From a virus (Duplodnaviria > Caudoviricetes), in IMG/VR virus record IMGVR_UViG_3300016467_000093, positions 1-24,928 of that record: a stretch of 24,928 bases of DNA; one strand, given 5' to 3'. Shown piece after piece: positions 1 through 8,911 of this stretch (position 1 is the first letter of the stretch; each line of letters starts with the position of its first letter). The notes below the pieces were generated by a model, which did not search any database, was not told where the DNA came from, and saw only the letters and a program-made list of their open reading frames with translations. A program made the translations under genes and the position numbers.

Positions 1-104
1 ATGTTAAACCAGCTGATAGAACCATCAGCATTTTCTCTGTACATCTCAATATGCCAGCAAATACTTTTCTTTTCTAGTGGTTTGATTCGATATACTTTAG
101 ACAT
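1..104 (-). CDS. Hypothetical protein, N-terminal part (runs off the window edge)
   Basis: Manual translation MSKVYRIKPLEKKSICWHIEMYRENADGSISWFN; ATG overlaps the TAA of 104..604; N-terminus resembles that of 104..604. Confidence 0.7.
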   Translation of the reverse strand, partial: MSKVYRIKPLEKKSICWHIEMYRENADGSISWFN

Positions 105-604
105 TATTCTTCCTTAAAATCAATAACGTTTCCATCTTCGTCTGCACATATAATACGTACAGTATTGCCATCCTCATCACAGATTTCGATAGGACCCCAA
201 ACCCAAACTTCTGTTTCGTCTAGCATCCAAGGATCATCTTCTTCCTCTAGGGCATAGTAGCCCTCTTCATCCATTAGTTCGGTTAGGCGTTCGATTTCGT
301 CCTCGTCCATGTCGTCGGGCCAGGTAATGTCGCCCCAACAGCCCCCGTCGAACAATTCAACAAGTTCACAGTTTTCGATGTTGTTAACGCAACAGTTATT
401 CATATCAATACTGTCTCGTTTGCCATCCCCACCAGGCACTTCGTCGAATTCAAATTCTGGAGGATTATCGTCGCTTGTTTCTACTTCGTATTCTGCAAAA
501 CGGAATCCGTTGGTACGAACCATAGTACCATGTGTCGAGTGTGTCCAGATTTCTCTTTCTTCACAGCTCTTTTTATGATAAGTTTTTACACGCCAAATAG
601 CCAT
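104..604 (-). CDS. Acidic hypothetical phage protein
   Basis: 166 aa ORF, very D/E rich; AGGA Shine-Dalgarno upstream. Confidence 0.75.
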   Translation of the reverse strand: MAIWRVKTYHKKSCEEREIWTHSTHGTMVRTNGFRFAEYEVETSDDNPPEFEFDEVPGGDGKRDSIDMNNCCVNNIENCELVELFDGGCWGDITWPDDMDEDEIERLTELMDEEGYYALEEEDDPWMLDETEVWVWGPIEICDEDGNTVRIICADEDGNVIDFKEE

Positions 605-614
605 AATATTTCCT

Positions 615-1358
615 TTACTTTATAAATGCATCAATAGCATTGGTTACCTGATATTGAATACCATAGTAGGCATGTGTGCTTTTATAACTAGTACAAACAT
701 CGCCTTGGTTTGTTCCGCCCGAAACAATTTTTAATTCTGTTTTGTTTTTGTTGAGCTTTTTAGCTTCTTCATAAAATGATATTGAAGATGATACAGGAGT
801 ATAACTGCAAGCATCTTGATCATTGTGTATAATTAGAATTGGAATGTTAACGGGCCTATCAATGCTAGGAGTTTGGCCTGCACTAAAGATAGCACCGGCA
901 ATTAGCCGTTCGTTTTCAGGATCTTTTAAAAATGCTCCAACGGCTCTTGCGCCAAGGCTATGACCATACAACCAAATGGGTTTACCTGTACGCTGTCGAT
1001 ATTCTTCTACAACACTACGTATTCTATCAATATGATCGCCACTGTATCTTGCATTAGGATTAACAGAATAAGGACTATCAAACATTACCAAATCCATAGG
1101 TACTGCACTAGATCCAAATGCATATCCTTGTAAACTACCCCACCAATTAGGAGGATAATCTTTTGATTGATCTAATGATACTTGGCCAAATCCTCCAGGA
1201 ATAAAGACTAGCACACCTTGACTATTTGGTGTAGCTCTATAAAGTGTTTTGGTTACACTACTGCTAGCAAGCCAAGACTTTTTTGGTGCAGGCACATCAA
1301 ATACCTGTGCTTGGGCAAAGGTCGCAGTAATCGCTAGGGCTAAGGCAAGTTTCTTCAT
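615..1358 (-). CDS. Exported alpha/beta hydrolase (esterase/lipase-like)
   Basis: Signal peptide MKKLALALAITATFAQA; IPGG oxyanion region; GHSLG nucleophile elbow; candidate Asp (HNDQD) and His (THAYYG). Confidence 0.8.
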   Translation of the reverse strand: MKKLALALAITATFAQAQVFDVPAPKKSWLASSSVTKTLYRATPNSQGVLVFIPGGFGQVSLDQSKDYPPNWWGSLQGYAFGSSAVPMDLVMFDSPYSVNPNARYSGDHIDRIRSVVEEYRQRTGKPIWLYGHSLGARAVGAFLKDPENERLIAGAIFSAGQTPSIDRPVNIPILIIHNDQDACSYTPVSSSISFYEEAKKLNKNKTELKIVSGGTNQGDVCTSYKSTHAYYGIQYQVTNAIDAFIK

Positions 1359-1375
1359 GCCTTATTGTAACACGA

Positions 1376-1726
1376 TTACTTGGGAAAGTCAAATCTAAAT
1401 AGGTATTCAGTCCATTGTTTTGGTGTAAAGTGTGCATGAATTGCAACAATGTATCCCATAGTCAAATGGTCTGTTGTAATAGAATAAGTTGGATCGAATC
1501 CATTTTCCATAACCCATTTACCATGTGCAGATTGTTGCCAATCCCAAATTGGTGCAGCCGCATAGATATCAGGATCTTCTACATCGCCCAATCGTAAATG
1601 GTGTACCAAATGACGTTCTCTTACCAAATCATTTACGACTTTCACCTTTTGTCCTCCAAACGGTTTTAATCCAAAACCCATAAATGCACGTTCAATATAA
1701 GTTGTGCTGGCTCTACCTAATGACAC
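1376..1726 (-). CDS. Hypothetical protein, divergent member of the FxLxW small-protein family
   Basis: ORF in the operon; C-terminus FTPKQWTEYLFRFD; start uncertain. Confidence 0.6.
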   Translation of the reverse strand: MSLGRASTTYIERAFMGFGLKPFGGQKVKVVNDLVRERHLVHHLRLGDVEDPDIYAAAPIWDWQQSAHGKWVMENGFDPTYSITTDHLTMGYIVAIHAHFTPKQWTEYLFRFDFPK

Positions 1727-2408
1727 GGAATATCTTCCTTTTCATTAAATTAATGTAGTGTTGCCCTGCTGAGTATAAAGATTTTAAATTCATACCAGGA
1801 GCATAGTTTTGCACATTCAAACAACTGGCCATTGTCTGTTTAATATCTTCTGTGAACTCACCGCGATCCAACCGAATCGTGTCGTCTGTTTCAAATCGAA
1901 CAGCATATAAAACTTCGCCACGTTTGAATTCGATCACACCGGGGGTATAGACTTCCATGGCCAAATTAACAGGCCTAATCCATTGTGTAATATCAAAACT
2001 CCCAGGCACTATGCCATAAGGATTGGCTTTGAACATCCAAGGTATAACACTAACAGTTACTGGTTTATTGTGTTCTGTAATAAACAAGTATTTGGGAAAT
2101 GTTTGTATGATTAACGGATCCTTGTGTGTCTGCGGATTCCTTACACTGATATTTTCGTTAAAGAATGCCTGTCCAAATCTATCTGTTTGTACATCCCATT
2201 CTTTAGTTACATTAATATTCAAGTCATAAGGACTACGAATAACAAATGTATTGCGTAGATAATTTGATAGTCCTGGACAACGTAAAAAGTCTGTTTTATC
2301 TCTTTGGTTAGCAAGATATCGAAAAGCCGGCTCAGGTTCAAAATAAGTTATGTTAGGGTCATAACTTAATTGCTCTGTAAAGACGGGCATCCATTGTACT
2401 GTAATCAT
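1713..2408 (-). CDS. Hypothetical protein (possible dUTPase-like/DUF6065-like beta fold)
   Basis: 231 aa; RCPGL..NTFVIRSPYDL and IEFKRGEVLYAVRF segments; fold call is tentative. Confidence 0.6.
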   Translation of the reverse strand: MITVQWMPVFTEQLSYDPNITYFEPEPAFRYLANQRDKTDFLRCPGLSNYLRNTFVIRSPYDLNINVTKEWDVQTDRFGQAFFNENISVRNPQTHKDPLIIQTFPKYLFITEHNKPVTVSVIPWMFKANPYGIVPGSFDITQWIRPVNLAMEVYTPGVIEFKRGEVLYAVRFETDDTIRLDRGEFTEDIKQTMASCLNVQNYAPGMNLKSLYSAGQHYINLMKRKIFRVIR

Positions 2409-2415
2409 ACAATAG

Positions 2416-2817
2416 TTATCTCGATAATTCTAACAGCATTTTATATTGATCCCAAGCCTTTTTAACAGCAGGATTACGATGCCTAACTTTATCGTCTTCT
2501 ACTTCCTGCATGTAGCGTTCCTTGTAATATCTAGCTTCACCTTCTAGTTGCCCGTACCATCGATCACGTTCAACTAGATCTCTAAACTGGTCTTGTGGCA
2601 TGTAAATCTCTACCAAAGGCTCTCGCTCGATTTCTTGATGAAAAGGAATGTCACCGTCAATCAACCAATCTTGATAACGAACAGGCTTGCGTCTAGCATA
2701 AAGTTTGTTCTTGCTCAATCCTGCTTCGGCCTGATACTTTTTTAGAAACTGATCAGTTTCTTCCTGAGCACTTAAATTCTTACTGTAATCATATTGATAG
2801 TTATAATAGCGCGGCAT
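2416..2817 (-). CDS. Hypothetical protein with C-terminal NPAVKKAW helix
   Basis: 133 aa ORF overlapping its upstream neighbour; GAGGTG Shine-Dalgarno. Confidence 0.7.
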   Translation of the reverse strand: MPRYYNYQYDYSKNLSAQEETDQFLKKYQAEAGLSKNKLYARRKPVRYQDWLIDGDIPFHQEIEREPLVEIYMPQDQFRDLVERDRWYGQLEGEARYYKERYMQEVEDDKVRHRNPAVKKAWDQYKMLLELSR

Positions 2818-3559
2818 CGGCCCACCTCTTAAATGCTTCTGGGTGTAATTCCTTTTGTATAAAATTGGAATCTTTATAGAAGTCTTTGGTTATTATATTA
2901 GAATTAAATTCCGTAGTCAAGTCAGGAGCAAGACCGGTGGCAAAGTAATCAACTAATTTTGATGCCAGTACCTTGTGATTGGTTAGACACAAATGGTTAT
3001 ATCTAAAATCCTTGCCTTGAATAACGGATTGAAAGTCTCCGCATACTTCGTTCTTACTAACAGACGATAGTGTTCCTCGGGCAAAACACAAGTGCGGATA
3101 TTCGTTTTCATTTATATCCAAATCAAAGGCTTTAATGATTAGAGGCTTGTGCCACCAACATCTATTGGCTAAACTATCCAACCAGCCCAGTCTATTAATC
3201 ATTGCTAGATTATCTAAATTATCATTTTGTATGTACTTGACATACGATTCCAACACACGACTTTCATCAGATGTTAAAACATCTTTGTAGTTGGCAACAT
3301 AGATATTCGAATGTTCGGGTTTGTCTTTAAATAACCATCTGCGCCCAGGCTCTGTTAGAATCACAATAACTTTATCTTTTGGTGTAATTACGTGCCTGTA
3401 ATGATATAGCTGTCCGAATATCCAATCTTGGCCGCAGCCGGGCACAGCAACTATTCTGGGCTCATGGCTAAACTGTTTAGCAGTATAAGCAACCCATGTG
3501 CTTGGATTATCGTCATTGCGATAAGCATAGCTATCTCCAAACACGCAAAAGTTATTCAT
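2801..3559 (-). CDS. SGNH/GDSL hydrolase-like protein
   Basis: N-terminal CVFGDSY (block I), PGCG (block II), DFRYNH (block V-like); start moved to the ATGA overlap at 3559. Confidence 0.65.
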   Translation of the reverse strand: MNNFCVFGDSYAYRNDDNPSTWVAYTAKQFSHEPRIVAVPGCGQDWIFGQLYHYRHVITPKDKVIVILTEPGRRWLFKDKPEHSNIYVANYKDVLTSDESRVLESYVKYIQNDNLDNLAMINRLGWLDSLANRCWWHKPLIIKAFDLDINENEYPHLCFARGTLSSVSKNEVCGDFQSVIQGKDFRYNHLCLTNHKVLASKLVDYFATGLAPDLTTEFNSNIITKDFYKDSNFIQKELHPEAFKRWADAALL

Positions 3560-3780
3560 GACCATTTCAATAAAAATAAGTTGTAATGTGCTTCGCTTTT
3601 AAAAGCAATACAACCTCCTAAGAACAATTCATTATTGTAAAATATCTTTACATCAAACTCTTTTTCAAAATGCGGAGTTATAATTTGATCATTAGGGATA
3701 GAATACTTATCTCGCACATATATCGATGCCTTTTGTATTTCATCTAAGCAGTCATGCATAGAAACAATTTTAATAGTCAT
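3556..3780 (-). CDS. Small FxLxW-family protein
   Basis: C-terminus FKSEAHYNLFLLKWS; ATGA-coupled start. Confidence 0.7.
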   Translation of the reverse strand: MTIKIVSMHDCLDEIQKASIYVRDKYSIPNDQIITPHFEKEFDVKIFYNNELFLGGCIAFKSEAHYNLFLLKWS

Positions 3781-3983
3781 ACCCACCTCAATGCAAACCA
3801 GTTAGCATCCTTTTGATTCTTAAAATAGAACTCTGTGTAGTTGTATTGATAAACAACATTCCATCGTCCTTTAAATGTGCCAAACTGTTCGCCTAGCCAT
3901 AATTCAACCGGTGTGATGTCTTTAGTGTTGTCACTGTTTACTTTAACACGATACGGCCATAGTTCTTTCTTTAGTATTCTCAT
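3777..3983 (-). CDS. Small FxLxW-family protein
   Basis: C-terminus FKNQKDANWFALRWV; ATGA-coupled start. Confidence 0.75.
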   Translation of the reverse strand: MRILKKELWPYRVKVNSDNTKDITPVELWLGEQFGTFKGRWNVVYQYNYTEFYFKNQKDANWFALRWV

Positions 3984-4195
3984 GACCATTTAAGGGTAAA
4001 CCAAGTACCCCACCTTTCGTCGTAAAATGTAAAAACTGTATATTTTTCATGTACCCTAGAAAAGTTATCCCACGTTTCCGGTCTGTATTCAAAGTCAAAG
4101 TCTTTGCCCTGCACGAGTCCTTGTGCTCTGAGTTCCCTAACTATCTCTATCACTTCGCTAGGATTCTTTGATTTAAGTTCTACTAAGACAGCCAT
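3980..4195 (-). CDS. Small FxLxW-family protein
   Basis: C-terminus FYDERWGTWFTLKWS. Confidence 0.75.
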   Translation of the reverse strand: MAVLVELKSKNPSEVIEIVRELRAQGLVQGKDFDFEYRPETWDNFSRVHEKYTVFTFYDERWGTWFTLKWS

Positions 4196-4473
4196 CGTAA
4201 TTTAAACCAATTGGCATCCTTGGCATCTTCAAACAACCACACAAGGCCTTGTGTCCACATGCGACCTTTTATGTTATCTTCAACCCACGAATCGATATGG
4301 TAGCCTTGTTCCCATGTTACTGGATCCATTACTATCTCGTGCCAGCCTAGCTCAACTAACATTCCACGTAGTATCTGTGCGTCTATGTCAGAAGCTAGCT
4401 CATGCGCTTTCTCAGAAAGTATTTGCTCATACAACTCTCCAGACTTATCAGTGAGTAGGCGTTTCTTTTTCAT
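4183..4473 (-). CDS. Small FxLxW-family protein
   Basis: C-terminus FEDAKDANWFKLRWLS. Confidence 0.75.
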   Translation of the reverse strand: MKKKRLLTDKSGELYEQILSEKAHELASDIDAQILRGMLVELGWHEIVMDPVTWEQGYHIDSWVEDNIKGRMWTQGLVWLFEDAKDANWFKLRWLS

Positions 4474-4678
4474 ATGTTATTAAATCAAATGCTGTGGCAT
4501 ACTGCACTTCGGGCTCCATGTGAAAGTTTGCATGCCCCCAAACTACCCATACTTGTCGTTTGAATACTCGCTTCCCCCATACCCGTTTTCCAGATATAGT
4601 TTTAACAGGCAACCAAGCAAATACTTCGTGCCAAGGATAGCAGTCGCATCCGTCGGTGATAATCTGTGTGATTTCCAT
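4448..4678 (-). CDS. Trp-rich hypothetical phage protein
   Basis: 76 aa, WHEVFAWLPVKT..GKRVW motif; lies in the operon. Confidence 0.65.
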   Translation of the reverse strand: MEITQIITDGCDCYPWHEVFAWLPVKTISGKRVWGKRVFKRQVWVVWGHANFHMEPEVQYATAFDLITYEKETPTH

Positions 4679-4679
4679 T

Positions 4680-4985
4680 TTACTTGAAGCCTTCCTCTAG
4701 CCACTCCTTGGCAAATTCATAAGTTTTGTTTTCTATTATATACTCACTGAAGGCAATTCTAAAGAGGTAAGCGGCTTTTCGGCTTTCAAACTGTATCAAA
4801 GGAACTTCTTTCCGATCTTCGTGTGTAGGTTGTCCATAGTTGCGAATGATGTGCCAGCGTTCAAACGGACCATCCAGCGGATAGTTACCGCACCAATCAT
4901 ACATTTCCTCAGTGACTTCTTTGAGTGTAAAACGATAGGTAAAGTCTGGACGATTGTTGCCGCCGTCTGACCAAAAGTATTCCAT
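4680..4985 (-). CDS. Small protein, divergent FxLxW family
   Basis: EMYDWC and FESRKAAYLFRIAF segments. Confidence 0.65.
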   Translation of the reverse strand: MEYFWSDGGNNRPDFTYRFTLKEVTEEMYDWCGNYPLDGPFERWHIIRNYGQPTHEDRKEVPLIQFESRKAAYLFRIAFSEYIIENKTYEFAKEWLEEGFK

Positions 4986-5209
4986 TACAATATTCTAAAC
5001 AATGTATTACCTGCGGCAACATCAAAAGGCACGCCCCACTCGGCAATATGCTCTGCATCTGCCTTTTCGTTTTGTCCTTGACCTACACCAATGTAATATT
5101 TGAAGTTTGCTTCACCAGTTTGTCGATAAGAATCCTTTTCGTGATCCTGTACAATTTGTACGATACCAACACAATGGTTGCCAGCAAACCAACGCATACC
5201 TGTAATCAT
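4985..5209 (-). CDS. Hypothetical protein
   Basis: 74 aa; GGAG Shine-Dalgarno; coupled to neighbours. Confidence 0.65.
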   Translation of the reverse strand: MITGMRWFAGNHCVGIVQIVQDHEKDSYRQTGEANFKYYIGVGQGQNEKADAEHIAEWGVPFDVAAGNTLFRIL

Positions 5210-5210
5210 G

Positions 5211-5603
5211 TTATCTCCACTTTAAAATAAACCAATCGCGATCTTTAACATCACGAAACCAAAATTTACGATTATTCATGTACCAACGTTGTGCTGGACT
5301 AGGAGCACAGTTTTCTCCCCACATGTCAGCACCAGGATCACCAAATGTTTCTACACACCAGGTTTCCATGTCTAACCAAGATCCTCCTACAGGGCTTACA
5401 CAATAATATCTAGAACCGTAGATTGTGCCTTCGGATAACACAAGTTCTTCAATTGGCTGTCTGTTAAGATCTCTAATTAGACGATCAATTACCTGTTGGC
5501 TAAACATGCTCTTACCAACATTTCTACCAGACATTGTAATTGTTAAATCTTTTGGATCCATACCGGCTACAGTAGCAACAAATTGTTTTTGCCAATCATA
5601 CAT
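5211..5603 (-). CDS. FxLxW-family protein with N-terminal P-loop-like fragment
   Basis: Likely start MYDWQ at 5603; SGRNVGKS motif; C-terminus FRDVKDRDWFILKWR. Confidence 0.7.
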   Translation of the reverse strand: MYDWQKQFVATVAGMDPKDLTITMSGRNVGKSMFSQQVIDRLIRDLNRQPIEELVLSEGTIYGSRYYCVSPVGGSWLDMETWCVETFGDPGADMWGENCAPSPAQRWYMNNRKFWFRDVKDRDWFILKWR

Positions 5604-5823
5604 CTTCGTCCTTTGCAGGTTTTGGAATAGTATCCATCCAACGAAGTATAAACCAATCTCGTTGTGCTTCTGTTTTAAAACTCCACAACCATTCATTCAT
5701 TGCGTATCCACAATGATTCTCTTTAGCCCATACGGACATTTCTTCATACAGCTCAGTAGGTATCTGTCCTTTTTCAAATCTAAGTCCAGGCAAGTTGAAC
5801 ATGCCAACTTTAACGTGTTCCAT
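5596..5823 (-). CDS. Small FxLxW-family protein
   Basis: FKTEAQRDWFILRWMD. Confidence 0.7.
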   Translation of the reverse strand: MEHVKVGMFNLPGLRFEKGQIPTELYEEMSVWAKENHCGYAMNEWLWSFKTEAQRDWFILRWMDTIPKPAKDEDV

Positions 5824-6277
5824 TATGATCCTTTGTGAGTTCTGCTACAAGTAGGAATCGTTCGTAGGCTTTACGAACACTAGGATTTTCTAGTAGTTTA
5901 TCTGCCTCTAGTTGCATGGCCTTAACTGCTTCTTCGCATGCCTCTCTAGCACTAGGCCACTCAAGGCAACGAGCTTCTTCGCCCATCTCTTTTACTAAGT
6001 TATCCCACGCTATGCGCTGGCCTTCTGTAATAGGAGCACGTTTTGGCCGTAGGTCACTGGCCTTCATCAATGCTCGACTAATGGTATCTTCTGCCACACG
6101 CCCTGCGGCAATCATAGGAGCATAAGCAGGATCAATATTAAACCTACGACTGCTACCTCCGGGATAAACCATAACCAAATGATTACCTTTTGGAAAGCTG
6201 TCCAAATAGTCGCTGTCATATTCCGAAACGGGCACATACTTTCTTCCGATCTTTTCATAATAGATCTTTTTCGTCAT
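5810..6277 (-). CDS. Hypothetical protein with C-terminal NPSVRKAY helix
   Basis: Likely start MTKKIYYEK at 6277, which minimises overlap with 6255..6548. Confidence 0.7.
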   Translation of the reverse strand: MTKKIYYEKIGRKYVPVSEYDSDYLDSFPKGNHLVMVYPGGSSRRFNIDPAYAPMIAAGRVAEDTISRALMKASDLRPKRAPITEGQRIAWDNLVKEMGEEARCLEWPSAREACEEAVKAMQLEADKLLENPSVRKAYERFLLVAELTKDHNGTR

Positions 6278-6548
6278 GATAGACTTCCCACTTTTTACCG
6301 ATATAGTCCCAATGCCTATTATCGTAAAGGTTAAAATCAATGCTGTAGCCAAATAGGCCAAGCTCTAGTCTGAGACCTGCGTGGTCTTGTCTAATTGTAT
6401 ATGAAAACTCAAAACAAATCAAGTCAGGAGTAGCCAATATCTGGAATTCCCAAAACTTGTTTTTAAAAAGTGTTGCGCCCGACCAACACTTTATATTTTT
6501 AAATCTATTGCTGAATGGATTACTCAGCTTTAAGTTTATGAATAACAT
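6255..6548 (-). CDS. Hypothetical protein
   Basis: 97 aa aromatic-rich ORF in the operon. Confidence 0.6.
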   Translation of the reverse strand: MLFINLKLSNPFSNRFKNIKCWSGATLFKNKFWEFQILATPDLICFEFSYTIRQDHAGLRLELGLFGYSIDFNLYDNRHWDYIGKKWEVYHDEKDLL

Positions 6549-6837
6549 CTATTGCATCTCCATATTGTAAAAAGAAAAGTGTAGCCCGCTTGGGATTTTT
6601 AATTAAAAGTTTACAGTTAACACCTTTAGAACCGCCAGTAATTAAAAACCAATCTTTAAATTTAGTTCCTAAATACTTGTAGCACCAACTGTTTATCTTG
6701 ATGAGGTTAGGCCCCCAACTATTGTTGTCTTTTAGTACAGCAATGCAATAGAATTTCTCCATGTACTCGCGTATGTCTGGAGATGTTTCTATCTCAAGGA
6801 GAGGATTGTACCTGCGGTCCAGCATAGTGATCATCAC
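6520..6837 (-). CDS. Hypothetical protein, divergent FxLxW family
   Basis: INSWCYKYLG and IKNPKRATLFFLQYG segments; start uncertain. Confidence 0.6.
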   Translation of the reverse strand: MMITMLDRRYNPLLEIETSPDIREYMEKFYCIAVLKDNNSWGPNLIKINSWCYKYLGTKFKDWFLITGGSKGVNCKLLIKNPKRATLFFLQYGDAIDVIHKLKAE

Positions 6838-7180
6838 CTACAATACGATCCAGAATGTCATAGTTTTCTTCGGCACGTAAGATAGCTTCATAGGCTTTCT
6901 TCAGTGCAGGATTCTCTTGGATGCGTTTTTCTCTAAGGCGCTGCCGATCACGTTCCTCCTTAGCCCAATTTAGTAGGCTTTCCGCTTCATGGTCCAGTTG
7001 AACCTGTGCGTAGCTCATATCTAGTTGCTTCCACATATTGCCGTCATTGACTTCTATGTTGTTAGTATTGCCGTTATACCTAATCATGCCCGAACCAACC
7101 GATCCTGGACTAATGTAAGTAGTTGATGGTGAGCCACCATTAACTATAAGATATTTTCCGCCTGTAATGCCTTTAATCAT
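6794..7180 (-). CDS. Hypothetical protein with NPALKKAY helix
   Basis: 128 aa; GMIRYNGNTNNIEVNDGNMW beta motif followed by a coiled-coil-like helix. Confidence 0.7.
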   Translation of the reverse strand: MIKGITGGKYLIVNGGSPSTTYISPGSVGSGMIRYNGNTNNIEVNDGNMWKQLDMSYAQVQLDHEAESLLNWAKEERDRQRLREKRIQENPALKKAYEAILRAEENYDILDRIVGDDHYAGPQVQSSP

Positions 7181-7444
7181 TTAAACTCCCCATCTTAGTT
7201 TCCACCAATTGGCTTCTTTATCTGTAGCCAAATATATTCTAGTGTTCCATTCATTATACTGCCAAGCCCAAGGTATTTCGTGAGCTATCCTGTGTACGTG
7301 TTCTACTTCACACCCAGGCCCCCAAGTGTCCCAGCACCAATTTCGTGCTTCAAAAAACTTTTCAAAATGGCTTTTACTGAACTCTATAAGAAACTTATAT
7401 GTTCCATGCCCTGTGTGACGCTTATCTAGTTTTTTAATTTTCAT
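7181..7444 (-). CDS. Small FxLxW-family protein
   Basis: ARNWCWDTWGP and LATDKEANWWKLRWGV; ATGA-coupled start at 7444. Confidence 0.7.
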   Translation of the reverse strand: MKIKKLDKRHTGHGTYKFLIEFSKSHFEKFFEARNWCWDTWGPGCEVEHVHRIAHEIPWAWQYNEWNTRIYLATDKEANWWKLRWGV

Positions 7445-7941
7445 AAAGATCCAAGGTGTGCTTCCAGCCATAGTTTACACTCTGGCCAGTTTTTGTACAA
7501 GAAAGCCCGGCCACCTTGTCTTCGCCATTCGTCGTTATTACTGCGTCTGTCATCAATGAGTATGTCGTCTGGACTTTCGCATCTTACCCATTTATCGTGA
7601 CTGTACGGGCCAAAGAATACTGGAATACCAGGAAAATGTTTTTGTGCCCATTCGACTTTATCATGGAAGCTCCATGGCATGTCATTGTTATGGGGAACTG
7701 CCGTTAAAAAGAATAGTCCAACATTAGGATTTTTCTTTACGTATTCTTCACACCAATTAACTAGTTCAACAGCTCCTTCTTTTAAAGGTAGCTTACTGTA
7801 CATTCTTTGATCATCTTTGAGACTGCGCCATTTATGTTCAGGCAGCATCTCTCCTTCTTGCCAAGTTGGTTCTTTAAGGTATGCTCTTGCATAGCCCATC
7901 CAATCGGCAACTACATCATCCATGTCTAAATAGATATTCAT
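7441..7941 (-). CDS. 5'(3')-deoxyribonucleotidase, HAD superfamily (NT5C-like)
   Basis: YLDMDDVVAD motif I, LTA motif II, K..W, ILIDDR motif IV. Confidence 0.85.
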   Translation of the reverse strand: MNIYLDMDDVVADWMGYARAYLKEPTWQEGEMLPEHKWRSLKDDQRMYSKLPLKEGAVELVNWCEEYVKKNPNVGLFFLTAVPHNNDMPWSFHDKVEWAQKHFPGIPVFFGPYSHDKWVRCESPDDILIDDRRSNNDEWRRQGGRAFLYKNWPECKLWLEAHLGSL

Positions 7942-8663
7942 TGTTTGTCCTCGTAAAGTCCTGGCATTGTTTCAGGATCATCTAACAATCTATACGGCCT
8001 ATGTGGTTGTTGTTCTACTATTTCAGGAAGAACAATGTCAGCAGAAATTGTTATTCTTTCGGTTAATCCTTCATGAGGCTCAGTATGATGCAACAAACAA
8101 CTGGGCCAAAAAATAATCCCTCCCGGACTAGAAGGAAACAGTAATTGACTACCTTCTTTGCTTAAGACAAAATTTGACTTTGAATATGTAACAAACAAAT
8201 TGCAAGCCAAATACCCATTAGCAGTTTGATCATGTGTGTGCGGAGAAATAAACTCCCCGTCTCTCACGACATTAGCCCATGCATGTATAAAGACTTTGCG
8301 TCGTTCATAATTTAGTAATTCTAGATATGTAAGGTAGTTTCTGCGTATGATATCAAATAGTCGTTCTACACTTAGATTAGTAGGAAATCTTTTAAATCCT
8401 TCTGGATCCGAATCTAACGTAGTATCACCAACTAAATTATGTTGTTTCCATTGTTGTGTGAATGCAATAGGGTCTAAAAAACTTTTAGGAACTTCGCTAA
8501 TCAGCGGTTCTTTCCGAATATAATTTTTTTCTAAATCCCTAATATATTGAGTTAAGAATCCTAACAGTCTTTTATCTACCATTGTATCGTAGTACAACGG
8601 TATTTTAAAATTAGGAGCAAAAGGAGTATTGGGCACCGGCGCCGCAAAATATCGTATAGTCAT
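7938..8663 (-). CDS. Putative 2OG-Fe(II) oxygenase
   Basis: WANV..G.FISPHTH, FWPSCLLHHT and RITIS motifs; ATGA-coupled start at 8663. Confidence 0.75.
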   Translation of the reverse strand: MTIRYFAAPVPNTPFAPNFKIPLYYDTMVDKRLLGFLTQYIRDLEKNYIRKEPLISEVPKSFLDPIAFTQQWKQHNLVGDTTLDSDPEGFKRFPTNLSVERLFDIIRRNYLTYLELLNYERRKVFIHAWANVVRDGEFISPHTHDQTANGYLACNLFVTYSKSNFVLSKEGSQLLFPSSPGGIIFWPSCLLHHTEPHEGLTERITISADIVLPEIVEQQPHRPYRLLDDPETMPGLYEDKQ

Positions 8664-8911
8664 GATGAATTTTTTAATATAAACCAAGTCATGTCACTTT
8701 GTTCTAGTTTGACACAATCGTGCGGGTATTTATTGTAGTCACTAGGTTTAAACTTGCCGGGTTTGGTTATCTCTAGTACCTTAACCATTTTGTTGTTCAG
8801 TTTAGTAATCTTACCAACAGACAAGCTGTTATGATTAGAGAAAGCTACAAAGTCGTCTAGTTGGATCATTCTTCCCAACTTGTCTTTGTGTTTAGGAGCT
8901 TCTTTAGTCAT
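8660..8911 (-). CDS. Hypothetical protein (small beta-barrel-like)
   Basis: KDKLGRMIQLDDFVAF..VGKITK pattern. Confidence 0.65.
   Translation of the reverse strand: MTKEAPKHKDKLGRMIQLDDFVAFSNHNSLSVGKITKLNNKMVKVLEITKPGKFKPSDYNKYPHDCVKLEQSDMTWFILKNSS

Noticed and set aside
6278-6361. Apparent transmembrane N-terminus of ORF 5810..6361
   Set aside because: Probably an artefact of over-extending the start into gene 6255..6548
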